Under the pieces are notes generated by a model. That model was not told the DNA's origin and did no database searches. It worked only from the letters and a program-made list of their open reading frames with translations. A stretch of DNA of 64,000 bases from an uncultured Candidatus Saccharibacteria bacterium (lineage in GTDB: Bacteria > Patescibacteriota > Minisyncoccia > Phycocordibacterales > Phycocordibacteraceae), in the NCBI GenBank assembly GCA_964398865.1, contig CAYNOO010000001.1, positions 43,661 through 107,660 on the forward strand, read 5' to 3'. How positions within the stretch are numbered: position 1 is the stretch's first letter; each line of letters begins with the position of its first letter. The position numbers and the translations under genes are program-made. Positions 18,053 through 27,531 of this stretch are shown here, piece after piece.

Positions 18053-18319
18053 TTACTTGCTGGAGGATTTCTTGAGGAGCGCGGAGAGTCGAGCCTTCTT
18101 TCTTGAAGCCGTGTTTTTCTTTATAACACCGCGCTTTGCTGCTTTATCTATAACACTATAGGCTTTCGCAAGCTCGGCCATCTGTTCTTTTTTATCCTTC
18201 CCTACAAACGTTCGAGTTTGCTTAACCCCCTCTGCCATCGCACGCTTACGACGGATATTGAAAACGCGCTTCCTCAAAGATGCGCGATGTGCCTTTTTCG
18301 CTCCTTTTGTGATTGCCAT
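18053..18319 (-). CDS. rpsT: 30S ribosomal protein S20
   Basis: 88 aa, KR-rich. The IDKAAKRGVIKKNTASRKKARL segment matches S20. Confidence 0.88.
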   Translation of the reverse strand: MAITKGAKKAHRASLRKRVFNIRRKRAMAEGVKQTRTFVGKDKKEQMAELAKAYSVIDKAAKRGVIKKNTASRKKARLSALLKKSSSK

Positions 18320-18396
18320 TGAAAGGTACTTTAGCCTAAAATATCGCTCTCTGCAAATTGCGTCGCCTCTTCATCGACCAGTGTTAGAATAGCTCC

Positions 18397-18969
18397 ATGA
18401 TTGGGTCTTTGGACGGGGCAGTGCGAGGAATCATTCGAGATAGCGTCATTCTTGAAATAAATGGGGTCGGCTACCGCGTTGCGGTACCGATAGCAACTCT
18501 CACGGGCGCGAAAGAAGGAAATAAACTTTTCCTTTGGACGCACCTGGCTGTACGCGAAACTGCCCAAGATCTCTACGGATTTGAGACGCAAAATGAGCTT
18601 TCGTGGTTCGAGCTTCTTCTTACTGTTTCTGGGATCGGACCCAAATCAGCGCTTGGCATCATGAATACTGTCGATGCGAAGTCCTTGGAGCAGGCGATTG
18701 CTAGGAACGATGCGTCCATACTTTCAAAATCATTTGGTATCGGTAAAAAAACAGCAGAAAAGATAGTCCTGGAATTGAGAGAGAAAGTCGGATCCATCGA
18801 AGACAAGGGGGGGGAGAGCGGTTCCGACGGCGATGTGGTGGATGCGCTCGTAGGCTTAGGCTATTCGCTCCGTGAGGCACGAGATGCGGTGCATGCGGTA
18901 TCAAAAGAACTCGTTACGCCCGAGAGTCGACTCCGAGAAGCGATTCGCATTGCATCGCGTTCCCGTTAG
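18397..18969 (+). CDS. ruvA: Holliday junction DNA helicase RuvA
   Basis: MIGSLDG...EINGVGYRVAV... with two HhH motifs (GIGPKSA and GIGKKTA) and a C-terminal domain III. Confidence 0.9.
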   Translation: MIGSLDGAVRGIIRDSVILEINGVGYRVAVPIATLTGAKEGNKLFLWTHLAVRETAQDLYGFETQNELSWFELLLTVSGIGPKSALGIMNTVDAKSLEQAIARNDASILSKSFGIGKKTAEKIVLELREKVGSIEDKGGESGSDGDVVDALVGLGYSLREARDAVHAVSKELVTPESRLREAIRIASRSR

Positions 18970-18974
18970 AACTC

Positions 18975-20261
18975 ATGATGAACGTCCTGAAAAAAACGCT
19001 CCAGAGTATCATCCCGCCTTTCATCTTTTCTCACTTGCTGGCAAGCTATCACTTCATTCTTTCCTGGGGCGCCGCACTCATGTATGGATTTCCTTCCCGG
19101 GGACTCTTCGTTATCGGTGTGACTGGCACGAAAGGAAAATCATCCGTCTCCGAAATGATGAATGCAATTCTTGAAGAAGCTGGATATCGCACCGCACTTG
19201 CAAATACGATCCGTTTCAAAATAGACAAGAATTCGCGAAGAAATCTTTTCAAGATGACCATGCCTGGCAGAGGCTTCTTGCAAAAGTTTTTGCGAGAAGC
19301 CCGTGACGCAGATTGCACGCATGTAGTCCTTGAAATAACCTCTGAAGGTGCTCGGCAATTCAGAAATAATGGGATCGACCTCAACGCTCTTATTTTCACG
19401 AATATCGCTCCCGAACATATCGAGTCACATGGCTCGTATGACGCGTACAAGCGCGCAAAACTTGCTATCGGCATGTCTCTGGTACGCTCACCTAAACGCC
19501 CTCGCACACTAGTAGCGAACGCTGAGGATGAGGTTGGGAAAAAATTCCTTGCGCTTCCCGTGGATCGCGCACTCCCTTTCCGTCTTGAGGATGCGAAGCC
19601 GTATCAAGGTTTAGAAAATAAAATTTCCATGACCTGGAGTGATGTTACTTTTGATGTGCCATTCCCCGGAACGTTTACCATTCTAAACGCGCTCGCAGTC
19701 AGCACGCTCGCTCGTTCGCTTGGCATCAGCGCAGAAGTTGTTGGGCGGGCACTCCAACATATGCAGCCCATCTTGGGGCGAGTGGAGAGAATAGAAGCCG
19801 GTCAAAAGTTCACAGCCGTCGTGGACTATGCGCATACCACTGACTCTCTCATTGCTCTCTACGGCGCTTTCCCGCGCGCGCGAAAAATCTGCGTTCTTGG
19901 AAATACTGGCGGCGGACGGGACACCTGGAAACGCAAGGAAATGGGGGCTATTGCAGACAAGACGTGCGACACGGTGATTCTCACCAACGAAGATCCGTAC
20001 GACGAAGATCCACTGAAAATCGTTGAGGCGATGGCAGAAGGCATGGCTCGACGGCCCCTTATAATCATGGATCGCCGTGAAGCTATTCGGCGAGCACTAA
20101 AGGAAGCGCGAGCGGGAGACGCAGTCTTAATAACTGGAAAAGGAACCGACCCTTACATAATGGGTGCGCGCGGAACAAAAACCCCGTGGTCAGATGCCGA
20201 TGTCGTACGAGAAGAACTCAAAAAACTTTTGCGAGAAAAATCTTTAACTGATGAGAGGTAG
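18975..20261 (+). CDS. Mur ligase family protein (MurE-like)
   Basis: GVTGTKGKSS P-loop and a DYAHTTDSL motif. Confidence 0.65.
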   Translation: MMNVLKKTLQSIIPPFIFSHLLASYHFILSWGAALMYGFPSRGLFVIGVTGTKGKSSVSEMMNAILEEAGYRTALANTIRFKIDKNSRRNLFKMTMPGRGFLQKFLREARDADCTHVVLEITSEGARQFRNNGIDLNALIFTNIAPEHIESHGSYDAYKRAKLAIGMSLVRSPKRPRTLVANAEDEVGKKFLALPVDRALPFRLEDAKPYQGLENKISMTWSDVTFDVPFPGTFTILNALAVSTLARSLGISAEVVGRALQHMQPILGRVERIEAGQKFTAVVDYAHTTDSLIALYGAFPRARKICVLGNTGGGRDTWKRKEMGAIADKTCDTVILTNEDPYDEDPLKIVEAMAEGMARRPLIIMDRREAIRRALKEARAGDAVLITGKGTDPYIMGARGTKTPWSDADVVREELKKLLREKSLTDER

Positions 20262-20267
20262 TACTAT

Positions 20268-21254
20268 GTGATTATGGATGATCCAAAATCAGATCTTCTC
20301 ATCGTCATTCTTCTTTTAATCGCGCTTGGCATTGCGTGGGTATGGACCGGAGGACCAAGCAAACCAATGGCACACCAGGGCGGACTCTTCAGCGCACCAT
20401 GGCCTTTAGGAAAGGGCGGTAATGCATACACGGTGCCGAGCATTCCACTTGGAACAGGCGACGAATCAAATTCGGTAAACGAGGATACTAATCAGAATTC
20501 CAACAATTCGCAGACAAAAACAAGCGTGTTTGACTACTTCTTCGGATACCGCCCAGGCACAGGCTACGTGGCAGACCCGAGCCCCTCTCCCTATGCATCA
20601 TATGTACGCCTCGACAGTGGAAACGCCACGAATGCTGACCCGAAACAGGAGTATGTTTCGATTCGCGTTTCGGGTTCGCTTCAAAGCAGCATCACCATTA
20701 CCGGATGGACACTGCAAAGCAGCACCAACAGCCTCAAAGTCACCATCGGCTCCGCCGCACAGATTCCCGCCTTGGGCGACGTAAACACGAACGCGCCAAT
20801 CACGCTTGGCTCCAATAGCACTGTCTATGTCACCACAGGATTCTCGCCTAACGGAGCATCCTTCCGCACAAACGAATGCACCGGATATTTCGAACAGTTT
20901 CAAGATTTCTCCCCTACGCTCCCAATGGAGTGCCCCCGCCCGCGAGATGAAATGTTTCTTTTTCCTGAAAAGACTGCTGGAAACGCAGAGTGTGAAAATT
21001 TCATCAACTCACTCCGTCAGTGCACACTCACCGTTACAGAAATCCCCGGCAAAATTGGTTCATCATGTCAGGACTTCATTCTGAATAATCTTTCATACAA
21101 CGGGTGCATCTTGAAACATAAGAATGATCCGAATTTCTATCGAGACGAGTGGCGAGTCTTTCTAAATCGCAATCAGGAACTTTGGAGTAACAGCCACGAC
21201 CGAATACTTCTCCTTGATGAGAACGGAAAATTAGTTTCTGCAGTGTCGTATTAG
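20268..21254 (+). CDS. membrane-anchored protein with lamin-tail-domain-like fold and Cys-rich C-terminus
   Basis: N-terminal TM segment. EYVSIRVSGSLQSSITITGWTLQS resembles the LTD signature. Multiple Cys residues in the C-terminal third. Confidence 0.4.
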   Translation: MIMDDPKSDLLIVILLLIALGIAWVWTGGPSKPMAHQGGLFSAPWPLGKGGNAYTVPSIPLGTGDESNSVNEDTNQNSNNSQTKTSVFDYFFGYRPGTGYVADPSPSPYASYVRLDSGNATNADPKQEYVSIRVSGSLQSSITITGWTLQSSTNSLKVTIGSAAQIPALGDVNTNAPITLGSNSTVYVTTGFSPNGASFRTNECTGYFEQFQDFSPTLPMECPRPRDEMFLFPEKTAGNAECENFINSLRQCTLTVTEIPGKIGSSCQDFILNNLSYNGCILKHKNDPNFYRDEWRVFLNRNQELWSNSHDRILLLDENGKLVSAVSY

Positions 21255-21255
21255 A

Positions 21256-21498
21256 CTAGCGGGATTTTTTCTTTAGCTCCCATCCGCGCGGGTCAATATC
21301 AACACGCTTGTCCCCTTTCCCTTTTTCTTTCGGCGTAACAGTCATTAGACCTTTGTAAGGGTGAACCTCAGCAATATAATCGAAGGCACTATCGGGGTGA
21401 ACAACGGTTTTCCCGGTCCTGATTTCCTTAGAGTTCAGATAACCAATGCGTTCAGACCTTTGCCCCCCAAGATGGTCTCGTTTGTATTCCTCTCCCAT
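21256..21498 (-). CDS. small hypothetical protein
   Basis: 80-aa ORF, tightly packed between neighbouring genes. No family recognised. Confidence 0.3.
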   Translation of the reverse strand: MGEEYKRDHLGGQRSERIGYLNSKEIRTGKTVVHPDSAFDYIAEVHPYKGLMTVTPKEKGKGDKRVDIDPRGWELKKKSR

Positions 21499-21524
21499 AG
21501 TCGAGCGATAGTATCCTGCTGAAC

Positions 21525-22022
21525 CTAGCCCGTCAATGATTCAGCTGCCTTGAAAAGAATGATGCCGGCAGCGACAGAAACGTTAAGTGACTCTTTCTCG
21601 CCTCGCATAGGAATTTCCACAACCTCATCACACTGCTTCAGCAGCAGAGGTGACACGCCCAAAACCTCATTCCCGAAGATGACGGCAATGGGAAACTTCG
21701 GTCGCCATTTTGCGTAAGAGATTGCGCGAGGAGATTGCTCCGCCGCCACAATGTCTACTTTACTTTTCTTCAGTTTTTTTATGAGAGCGCTGATATTTTT
21801 ACAGGATTCCCAGGCAACCGAAAGCTCTGCGCCGAGCGCGGTTTTTGCTATTTTCCCGTCAGTGCGCCCGAATCGGTCAAGCGGGGTTGGCGTATAGCCG
21901 GTGAGATAGATTTTGCCTACTCCTGCTGCATCAGCCGTACGAAATATGGCACCCACGTTTTGGGCACTCCGAATGTTATGAAGAATAATAGAAATGGGAG
22001 CGGGCACTTGATTCACAGGCAT
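21525..22022 (-). CDS. SpoU/TrmH-class RNA 2'-O-methyltransferase
   Basis: HNIRSAQNVGAIFRTADAAG...IFGNEVLGV...EIPM matches the SPOUT fold. Confidence 0.75.
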   Translation of the reverse strand: MPVNQVPAPISIILHNIRSAQNVGAIFRTADAAGVGKIYLTGYTPTPLDRFGRTDGKIAKTALGAELSVAWESCKNISALIKKLKKSKVDIVAAEQSPRAISYAKWRPKFPIAVIFGNEVLGVSPLLLKQCDEVVEIPMRGEKESLNVSVAAGIILFKAAESLTG

Positions 22023-22033
22023 ACCGTAACATT

Positions 22034-22417
22034 TTGGGAGCGGTTCCTCTACGTGATACCATTTGGCGAATGGAGAGCCTCTTCCCTTCCCTTTTTACTT
22101 TTAGTTTCTTTGCGCCACTGATACTCCGCGTTGCACTCGCGTTTGTATTTTTTGAAGCAGCCAGAGGCACTTGGAAAGGAGAGAAGAAAGGAAAACTAGC
22201 TTCCTTCACCTCAGGCATTTTAGGTATTGCACTTATGCTCGGGGTATTCACCCAGCTCGCCGCAATTTTAGGAATCGCAAAAATCATCGTGCTTACTTTC
22301 CAGAAGCACGTCCCATCGATATTCCACAAGCGCGCATTCGCACTTCTTGTCGTTGCAATTCTAATTTCCCTGATACTCACTGGTCCCGGCGCAATTGCGA
22401 TTGATTTACCATATTAG
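22034..22417 (+). CDS. DoxX-like membrane protein
   Basis: Small protein of 3-4 TM helices with an LRVALAFVFFEAA-type N-terminus. Confidence 0.45.
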   Translation: MGAVPLRDTIWRMESLFPSLFTFSFFAPLILRVALAFVFFEAARGTWKGEKKGKLASFTSGILGIALMLGVFTQLAAILGIAKIIVLTFQKHVPSIFHKRAFALLVVAILISLILTGPGAIAIDLPY

Positions 22418-22587
22418 TCCGCGCTGGACGAAGTTAGAACCTGTTTGACTTACGCTAACAAACGTAAGTTAGTCCGACATAACTGAGACTAGAGGTTGGA
22501 ACGGTTTTGGCAGTGAACTTTGACGGCTCAGACCCATTCAAGCGAAGTTTGATTCGGGGACTACCTGAATGGTAGTGTGGAAGAACT

Positions 22588-23532
22588 ATGGCAGCCGCAT
22601 TCTCCAGGGAAACACCCTCTGCGCCCAGTTTGACCGGAATGGAAGATTGGAAATGGCAAGAAAGAGACGTCGACCGCTGGTCTCGGGAACAAACGATCAA
22701 GCGCTCCTATCGGGATGAAGTCGTTGGCAAGATCTTAGAGCTCGGCGGGAAATTCGAACTTCATCAATACGGGGCGCTCTCTCAGGATCCGAAGCGCTAC
22801 CCCCTCTATCTTTTAAAATCCCCGAATTTTTCTCCCGCTAAAAAAACGGTCTTGATCACGGGTGGCGTACACGGTTATGAAACCAGTGGCGTTCATGGCG
22901 CGCTCGGATTCCTCGAGGGCGCGGCTTCCCAGTTTGACGGAAAATTTAATTTTGTGTGTGCGCCTTGCATCAGTCCGTGGGCTTACGAGACGGTTAATCG
23001 TTGGAATGCGCGCGCGTTCGACCCGAACCGTTGGTTTCGTGACGGGAGCCCGGTGGAGGAATGCCGGCTTTTCTTGAACGCGATGAAAGAGGTTCGACCC
23101 TTCGCGCATTTTGATCTGCACGAAACGACCGATACAGACAATACCGTTTTCCGACCGGCGAAAGCCGAGCGGGATGGAAAGGCCGAGGAGTGGTCGGAGA
23201 TTCCCGATGGATTTTACGTTGTCGGCGATACCGAGAATCCACAGGCGGATTTTCAGAAAGCTATTATCGAGTCGGTAAGCAAGGTAACTCACATCGCTAA
23301 AGCTGATGAGAATGGGAACATTATCGGAGCCCCGCTCGAGCAAGAGGGAGTGATCAACTATGATGTGAAGAAGCTCATGTTGTGTGCTGGCTTTTCAGAC
23401 GCCGCATATACTATGACCACAGAAGTCTATCCCGATAGCTCCCGGGCTACCGACGAAATCTGCATCAATGCTCAGGTCGCCGCTGTCGCGGGTGGCTTGA
23501 AATATCTTTTGAGCCGGGAAGAAGCCGGTTGA
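22588..23532 (+). CDS. M14 zinc carboxypeptidase-like / succinylglutamate desuccinylase-aspartoacylase family
   Basis: ITGGVHGYETSG and FDLHET zinc-binding motifs. Confidence 0.6.
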   Translation: MAAAFSRETPSAPSLTGMEDWKWQERDVDRWSREQTIKRSYRDEVVGKILELGGKFELHQYGALSQDPKRYPLYLLKSPNFSPAKKTVLITGGVHGYETSGVHGALGFLEGAASQFDGKFNFVCAPCISPWAYETVNRWNARAFDPNRWFRDGSPVEECRLFLNAMKEVRPFAHFDLHETTDTDNTVFRPAKAERDGKAEEWSEIPDGFYVVGDTENPQADFQKAIIESVSKVTHIAKADENGNIIGAPLEQEGVINYDVKKLMLCAGFSDAAYTMTTEVYPDSSRATDEICINAQVAAVAGGLKYLLSREEAG

Positions 23533-23559
23533 TGCGTCCGCGCTTAAGGAAAGAATCAG

Positions 23560-23632
23560 TCCGCCCGCCTGGGCTCGAACCAGGGACCCACTCCTTAAAA
23601 GGGAGTTGCTCTACCAACTGAGCTACGGGCGG
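23560..23632 (-). tRNA. tRNA-Lys (TTT)
   Basis: Manual fold: anticodon arm ACTCC-CTTTTAA-GGAGT, T-arm CCTGG-TTCGAGC-CCAGG. Confidence 0.75.
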
Positions 23633-23892
23633 TAGTGAGAAGGAAAGTGTCTGCGAAGCAGTGTTTTTGAAACGGAGAGACAGAGGAAAGCTTTGCTTTC
23701 ATTCTGGCTCGACGAAACAAAAACAAGAGCGTCAGCGAACTTTCTTCGAGTGACCCGTCCGAAATAAAAGCTTTGCTTTTGTTACGGGCGCGGATTCGTT
23801 TTTTCCTCTCTTGGTCTTCCGCGCATGAGCTTTATGCTCTTGGGCAGATTCGTGGATTATGCTCTAAAATCGTGAGTTTTTCCAGTCAGACA

Positions 23893-24582
23893 TCACTTCT
23901 TCAACAAAAACGCCTCCAGCAAATCCCCCAAGTTCCCTCCTCCAAGCCGGGATTGATGCACCATGCGAACTAATTCGCGCGATATCTCTTCACAGCCCGC
24001 CTCTCCTAAACGAGCCCCCGCTTTCTTTGTTTTTGAATAAACGAAGGGCTTTAAGCCTGCCTCGCTGGCTGTTTTTGCTTTCGATGCAAGAACCATCGCG
24101 CGCGCCTGCCACATAAGGATCCCGTGAATCTCTTGGGGCTCTGAACCAGAATCAATAAGACGTCGATAGGTTATCCAAGAGTCTTTCCTGTTCCCCGCAG
24201 CAAATGAATCGGTAAGAGCGAAAGCACTTAAGGTCGGCGTTGTGGTTTTTTCTTGTACCTCAAAGTTTTCTAGTGTCGCACCCTTTGGAATGCCTTTCTG
24301 AATGGGCACAGATAAAATCGGTTCAATGACGATTACCAGCGCATCGCCCTCAAGTAAATCTTCCGCGCGCTCGGTAAGTAAGATTTTTCCGTCCGGATCC
24401 TCAAGCGGTCGGTCGAGAAGGAGTGCAACTTTGGGAGCAAAGAGCCCGCGCGAACTCAAGTACCCGAGCACACCCGTGAACGCTTCCCCGCTTTCGCCAA
24501 AACGCACGAGCTCAGCTCCTTCCGCGATCTTCATCGCGCGCGCTTTCGCCTTGACCGTATCCCCCGTGAGTATGTAGAGCAT
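23893..24582 (-). CDS. DNA polymerase III delta subunit-like (HolA N-terminal-like)
   Basis: Starts MLYILTGD, like HolA MIYLLYGED. Sits directly downstream of polA. Shorter than canonical HolA. Confidence 0.35.
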   Translation of the reverse strand: MLYILTGDTVKAKARAMKIAEGAELVRFGESGEAFTGVLGYLSSRGLFAPKVALLLDRPLEDPDGKILLTERAEDLLEGDALVIVIEPILSVPIQKGIPKGATLENFEVQEKTTTPTLSAFALTDSFAAGNRKDSWITYRRLIDSGSEPQEIHGILMWQARAMVLASKAKTASEAGLKPFVYSKTKKAGARLGEAGCEEISRELVRMVHQSRLGGGNLGDLLEAFLLKK

Positions 24583-24584
24583 TG

Positions 24585-27026
24585 CTATTGTTTTAAAGGC
24601 TTCATTTCTCCCCAATTGAACCCGATGGAGGAGGAGGAAAGGATGGGGACGTCTTTTGTCATATCCCTCGGCACTATTGACTGCATGTGCCCAAGAATTT
24701 TTGGAGCGAGCTCTTCTACTTTTTCTTTTCGTATTTCGAAAATAAGCTCATCGTGTACTTGAAGTATGAGGTACGCCTCTCCTTTATATTGTTCCCGCAA
24801 AAGAGTATTAATCTCGACCATGGCGAGCTTGATGATGTCGGCTTGCGTCCCCTGCATCGGCGCATTTAGCGCCTGCCGCTCTGCCTCAGAGCGGACGAAG
24901 GGCAGCTTTGAGCGAAGCCCCGGGAAAAAACGTTTCCTGCCGAAGAGCGTTTTCGTATAGCCAAGCCTGGACGCATCCGCTTTTACTTTAGTGAGGTACG
25001 CAGCAAGCCCTGCAAAGTTTGCAAAGTAATCTGTGAGGTACGCCTGCGCCTCGGCGCGGTCAACTTTTTGTCCTCCGGTATCGAGATTCATCTTGAGGGC
25101 ATTCACGCCCATGCCATAGAGGATGCCAAAGTTAATGACTTTTGCCCTGCGGCGCATCTCCGCATCAACTTTCTCGGGCGATACTTTAAAAACGGCTGCG
25201 GCAACAGCTGCGTGCACGTCTTCTCCGCGCTTAAAAATCTCAATAAGCTTTTCGTCCCCCGAAAGAAGCGCCGCGATGCGCAATTCTATTTGCGAATAGT
25301 CGAATGCCGCGAGCACAAAGCCTGGGGTAGCGACAAACGCATTACGGATACGCCGACCAAGCTCAGTCTTAATAGGAATATTCTGCAACCCCGGATCCTT
25401 TGAAGCCATGCGACCAGTTGCGGCGCCCGTCTGAATAAATGTGGTATGTAAACGGCTCTCCTTGTCCAAGAGAGGCGGAATCGCGTCGATGTACGTACCT
25501 AATAGTTTGGAGAGACTGCGGTAGGCGAGGATATCCTTGATGATAGGATGCGCATCTTTAAGCTTTACTAATTCAGATTCTTTAGTTGAGAGCTGTCCGG
25601 TTGCTGTCTTTTTTTGACGCTTACCCTCTATGCCGATACCGAGCTTAGTAAAAAGTATATCCCCTAATTGCTTAGGCGAGCTTATATTAAATTCTGTGCC
25701 CGCGTGAGCATGTATTTTTTTCTCGAGTTTCGCAAGCTCTTTCGTATATTCATGGGACAGGTCTTTTAAGTACGGCGCGTCGATCAGCACGCCGCGCTTA
25801 TTCATAGCTTCGATTACTGGAATAAGTGGTTTCTCAATATTTTCGAAGACCTCTAGCAATTCTTCCTTTCGTATCTTGACACTCAGCTTTTCATGCGCCT
25901 CCGGAAGGGTTTTCGACTTCGTGTTCGCAAGTACATCGTCAAGTGTCGGGTTTGTCAGGTCTGACTGCGTGAGCCAGAGCATCACACACGCTTCCGCAAA
26001 AATCTGCTTCTCGGCTGGCAACACTGTTTCTATCGCGGACAATGATTGCTGCCGCGGCGCATCGCCTTCTTCATTCTTTTCTGCCTTTGCGACTTTGGCT
26101 GGCTTTCCCAGAAGTGCGCTCATTCTCGGCACGAGAGAGCGAAACCCGAGGTCTGTGAAAAGAGCCGTGGCGTGCGCACTATCGAGCGTATCAACAAACG
26201 GTTTAGTGGGCTCCTTGAAATCAATCGGTGCGTCTATTCGAATGGTCGCAAGTACTTTTGAAAATTCCGCCTCGTCTTCATGCTCTCGAACAAGAGCGAC
26301 ATTCCGCTCTGAAAAACCAGCTTCTTTCCATTTCTCAGGAGTCCATTTCTTGCTGTGTATTGCCTTATACACTCCCTCCATTGAATCGAATGTTTGCAGG
26401 AGCTTCGTTGCCGTCTTCTCTCCGACACCAGGAATTCCGATGATGTTGTCTGACGGGTCCCCCGCGAATCCTTTGTAGTCAGGAATCCTCTCCGGCAAGA
26501 AACCGTAGCGCGCGAGCACTGCTTTCTCGTCATAAAGAATAGTGTCCTGGATTCCGCGCCGGAGCGTAAAGACTTTTACGCGCTCGTCATCGACTAATTG
26601 CAACGTATCCATGTCTCCTGACGCGATGATGACATCGAATTTCTTTTTTGCACTCGTCGCAATGGTGCCAATCACATCATCAGCCTCGAATCCTGGTACC
26701 TCGTAGATAGGGATGCCGAAAGCTGAAAGCACGTCGCGTGACCGCGTTATCTGTACCACGAGAGAACTATCAAGTTCCGGGCGTTTTGCCTTGTACTCTT
26801 TGTACACTTCGTGCCGGTGCGTAGGTCCGGGAAGGTCATAGGCTGCGACAACGTGGTCGGGTTTTAAATCCTTAATTATCTTGATGAGCATCGCGGCAAG
26901 ACCATAGACGGCATTGACGGGTTCCCCTGAAGGAGATGAGAGTTCAGGCAGCGCATGATATGCACGATGTATGATCGCGTGCGTATCAAGAAGGATGAGT
27001 GTTTCTTTTTTCTTATTCGCGCTCAT
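24585..27026 (-). CDS. polA: DNA polymerase I
   Basis: N-terminal 5'-3' exonuclease domain. Polymerase motifs RRRAKVINFGILYGMG and QVHDELIFE. Confidence 0.9.
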   Translation of the reverse strand: MSANKKKETLILLDTHAIIHRAYHALPELSSPSGEPVNAVYGLAAMLIKIIKDLKPDHVVAAYDLPGPTHRHEVYKEYKAKRPELDSSLVVQITRSRDVLSAFGIPIYEVPGFEADDVIGTIATSAKKKFDVIIASGDMDTLQLVDDERVKVFTLRRGIQDTILYDEKAVLARYGFLPERIPDYKGFAGDPSDNIIGIPGVGEKTATKLLQTFDSMEGVYKAIHSKKWTPEKWKEAGFSERNVALVREHEDEAEFSKVLATIRIDAPIDFKEPTKPFVDTLDSAHATALFTDLGFRSLVPRMSALLGKPAKVAKAEKNEEGDAPRQQSLSAIETVLPAEKQIFAEACVMLWLTQSDLTNPTLDDVLANTKSKTLPEAHEKLSVKIRKEELLEVFENIEKPLIPVIEAMNKRGVLIDAPYLKDLSHEYTKELAKLEKKIHAHAGTEFNISSPKQLGDILFTKLGIGIEGKRQKKTATGQLSTKESELVKLKDAHPIIKDILAYRSLSKLLGTYIDAIPPLLDKESRLHTTFIQTGAATGRMASKDPGLQNIPIKTELGRRIRNAFVATPGFVLAAFDYSQIELRIAALLSGDEKLIEIFKRGEDVHAAVAAAVFKVSPEKVDAEMRRRAKVINFGILYGMGVNALKMNLDTGGQKVDRAEAQAYLTDYFANFAGLAAYLTKVKADASRLGYTKTLFGRKRFFPGLRSKLPFVRSEAERQALNAPMQGTQADIIKLAMVEINTLLREQYKGEAYLILQVHDELIFEIRKEKVEELAPKILGHMQSIVPRDMTKDVPILSSSSIGFNWGEMKPLKQ

Positions 27027-27451
27027 GTTTTTTCTTCAATATCCCTAACAGTGTCGCCAACGACCGTAAACTGCAAACCACGTGCCTCTTTCGGCACCCC
27101 TCCAGGAATCCGGTCAGGCCATTCAATTAAGATAAGGTTTGCTGGATTTTCCAGATAGCTGTTCCATCCGACCGTATCTCTATCCATTTTCTCCAAACGA
27201 TACGCGTCAATGTGAACGAGGCGTTCAAACACTGGGTGCGTGATTGGATATGCTTGCGCTACAACAAATGTTGGGCTCGTTACGCTTCTTTGTACACCAA
27301 GGACTTTCGCGACTTCTTGTACGAACGCGGTCTTACCGGCGCCAAGCTCCCCCGAAAGTCCAATAACATGAGCTTTCTCGCTTCGCCGTTTCGGAAGACT
27401 TTCCACGAAATGCCCTGCAAATTCTCTTAGGTCATCTCGAGAAACTTTCAT
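27023..27451 (-). CDS. tsaE: tRNA t6A biosynthesis ATPase TsaE (YjeE)
   Basis: GLSGELGAGKTAFV P-loop, SPTF motif, 142 aa. Confidence 0.8.
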   Translation of the reverse strand: MKVSRDDLREFAGHFVESLPKRRSEKAHVIGLSGELGAGKTAFVQEVAKVLGVQRSVTSPTFVVAQAYPITHPVFERLVHIDAYRLEKMDRDTVGWNSYLENPANLILIEWPDRIPGGVPKEARGLQFTVVGDTVRDIEEKT

Positions 27452-27531
27452 CTAACAATCTTACTATAGGTACCCATCTTCCCCGCCCAGAGCTCCAATT
27501 TTGGGTCGGTCAAAGCTAAATAAGGTACTAT

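Noticed and set aside
18331-18591. 86-aa minus-strand ORF upstream of rpsT
   Set aside because: Overlaps the ruvA start and promoter region. No support.
22813-23343. 176-aa minus-strand ORF
   Set aside because: Antisense to the M14 peptidase-like gene, which has clear zinc-binding motifs. No motifs of its own.
25876-26478. 200-aa plus-strand ORF inside polA, and similar antisense ORFs at 24302-24577, 25068-25403 and 26046-26443
   Set aside because: Entirely antisense to the strongly supported polA and holA-like genes. Ser/Ala/Arg-rich composition typical of antisense frames of GC-rich coding DNA.
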